A stretch of 64,000 nucleotides of DNA, from contig CM059432.1 of assembly GCA_030390025.1 (NCBI GenBank), positions 33,978,001-34,042,000 of the forward strand, in the 5' to 3' direction. Below, in pieces: positions 63,154 to 64,000 of the stretch. Position 1 is the stretch's first letter. Each line of letters begins with the position of its first letter. The translations under genes were made by a program, and so were the position numbers. The notes beneath the pieces are model-generated. The model was not told where the DNA came from and ran no database searches. It was given only the letters and a program-made list of their open reading frames with translations. This DNA is from Squalus acanthias. Its lineage: Eukaryota.

Positions 63154-63329
63154 ATTGTTTCCACAGATTAGTTTTAAATTTACCCCCTTGGAACACAGAC
63201 ATTATTTAGTCCCTTTAGAATGCTAAACTTACCATATCCAAACAAGCAGTCATTTGGAAAGGAGTATAACCAGCAACAACCAGTTAATCTGTTTTTTTAT
63301 GGGTTGATGTTGGTTCAGGTAGGAATATT

Positions 63330-63545
63330 AGCCATGACAATGGCACAACTTCCTGTTCTTTTTCAAATAGCGCCACAGTTTCTTTACTGTCCCACTGTAT
63401 TGCCCAACCAGGCAGATGGAACCTCGGTCTGACATCTCACCCGAAGGGCAGCATTTTTGGTAATGAAGCACTCCCTCAAAACTGCGCTGAGGTACTAACT
63501 TAAATCTGTGCTTCAATCTTGGAGCGGGACTTGAGGTCACAACAG
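63330..63545 (-). mobile_element. Decayed SacSINE1-like fragment
   Basis: acctcggtctgacatctcacccgaag...gcactccctca...ggagcgggacttga. Confidence 0.6.
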
Positions 63546-64000
63546 CTCATAAGAAAACATCAAATACCCCGTGGGAATCAATGTTCTCGTGCTGCTGGGA
63601 CCATGGGAATATCATAGGTTTGGATAATGGGAGTGGAAGCATCATCAGATAGCCATTAAGGAAAAGGCAGGGAGTGGACAGCTCCAGTTGAAGACTGGAA
63701 AGGCTTGATGGGCTGAATATCCTCCTTTGTACTGTAATTTCTACGAGTCGATATTGTTGAGCTTGTTTCACTATGTTCAGGATCACAGCGTATTAGACAA
63801 CAGTTTTTCTCAGGAGATTATGTAAATTGGATAGAGTCCACGATAAGGCAGATTGTACCTGGTCTGTGAAAAAGAGTGGGCTTGACAGGTCAAATGCTCT
63901 TTGTTCTTTCTATAATGCTTAGTAAACTCTCTTCCTATCTCCTCTATCTCTTTTCCTTTGCCCATATGGTCTCTTTGAAGATGCATTGCTCCAGTCTTTA

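Overview
Eukaryotic, repeat-saturated DNA, most likely from a cartilaginous fish (inferred from HER1-like CR1 LINEs, SacSINE1-like SINEs and a ~65-bp tandem repeat I associate with shark genomes). No host protein-coding gene could be identified. The centrepiece is a near-intact 4.1-kb PIF/Harbinger DNA transposon (30682-34820; 16-bp TIRs, ATA target duplication). It has a DDE transposase with one frameshift and a convergent, apparently intact 3-exon Myb/SANT-like gene (448 aa after splicing). Three ~0.85-0.9-kb non-autonomous derivatives keep both ends and both gene starts, and one is nested inside another. The window also holds three essentially full-length CR1 LINEs with SGNH-esterase ORF1 in multi-level nests that can be reconstructed from target duplications. 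Penelope-like fragments carry minimal hammerhead-ribozyme motifs (one intact-looking at 15891-15932 minus; one perfect 89-bp foldback whose breakpoint sits in the ribozyme core). Several further Harbinger-type MITE families, a hAT MITE, a 104-bp templated insertion, and a candidate CpG-rich promoter/first exon near 13.2 kb complete the picture. All family names come from motif recognition by eye, not database searches.
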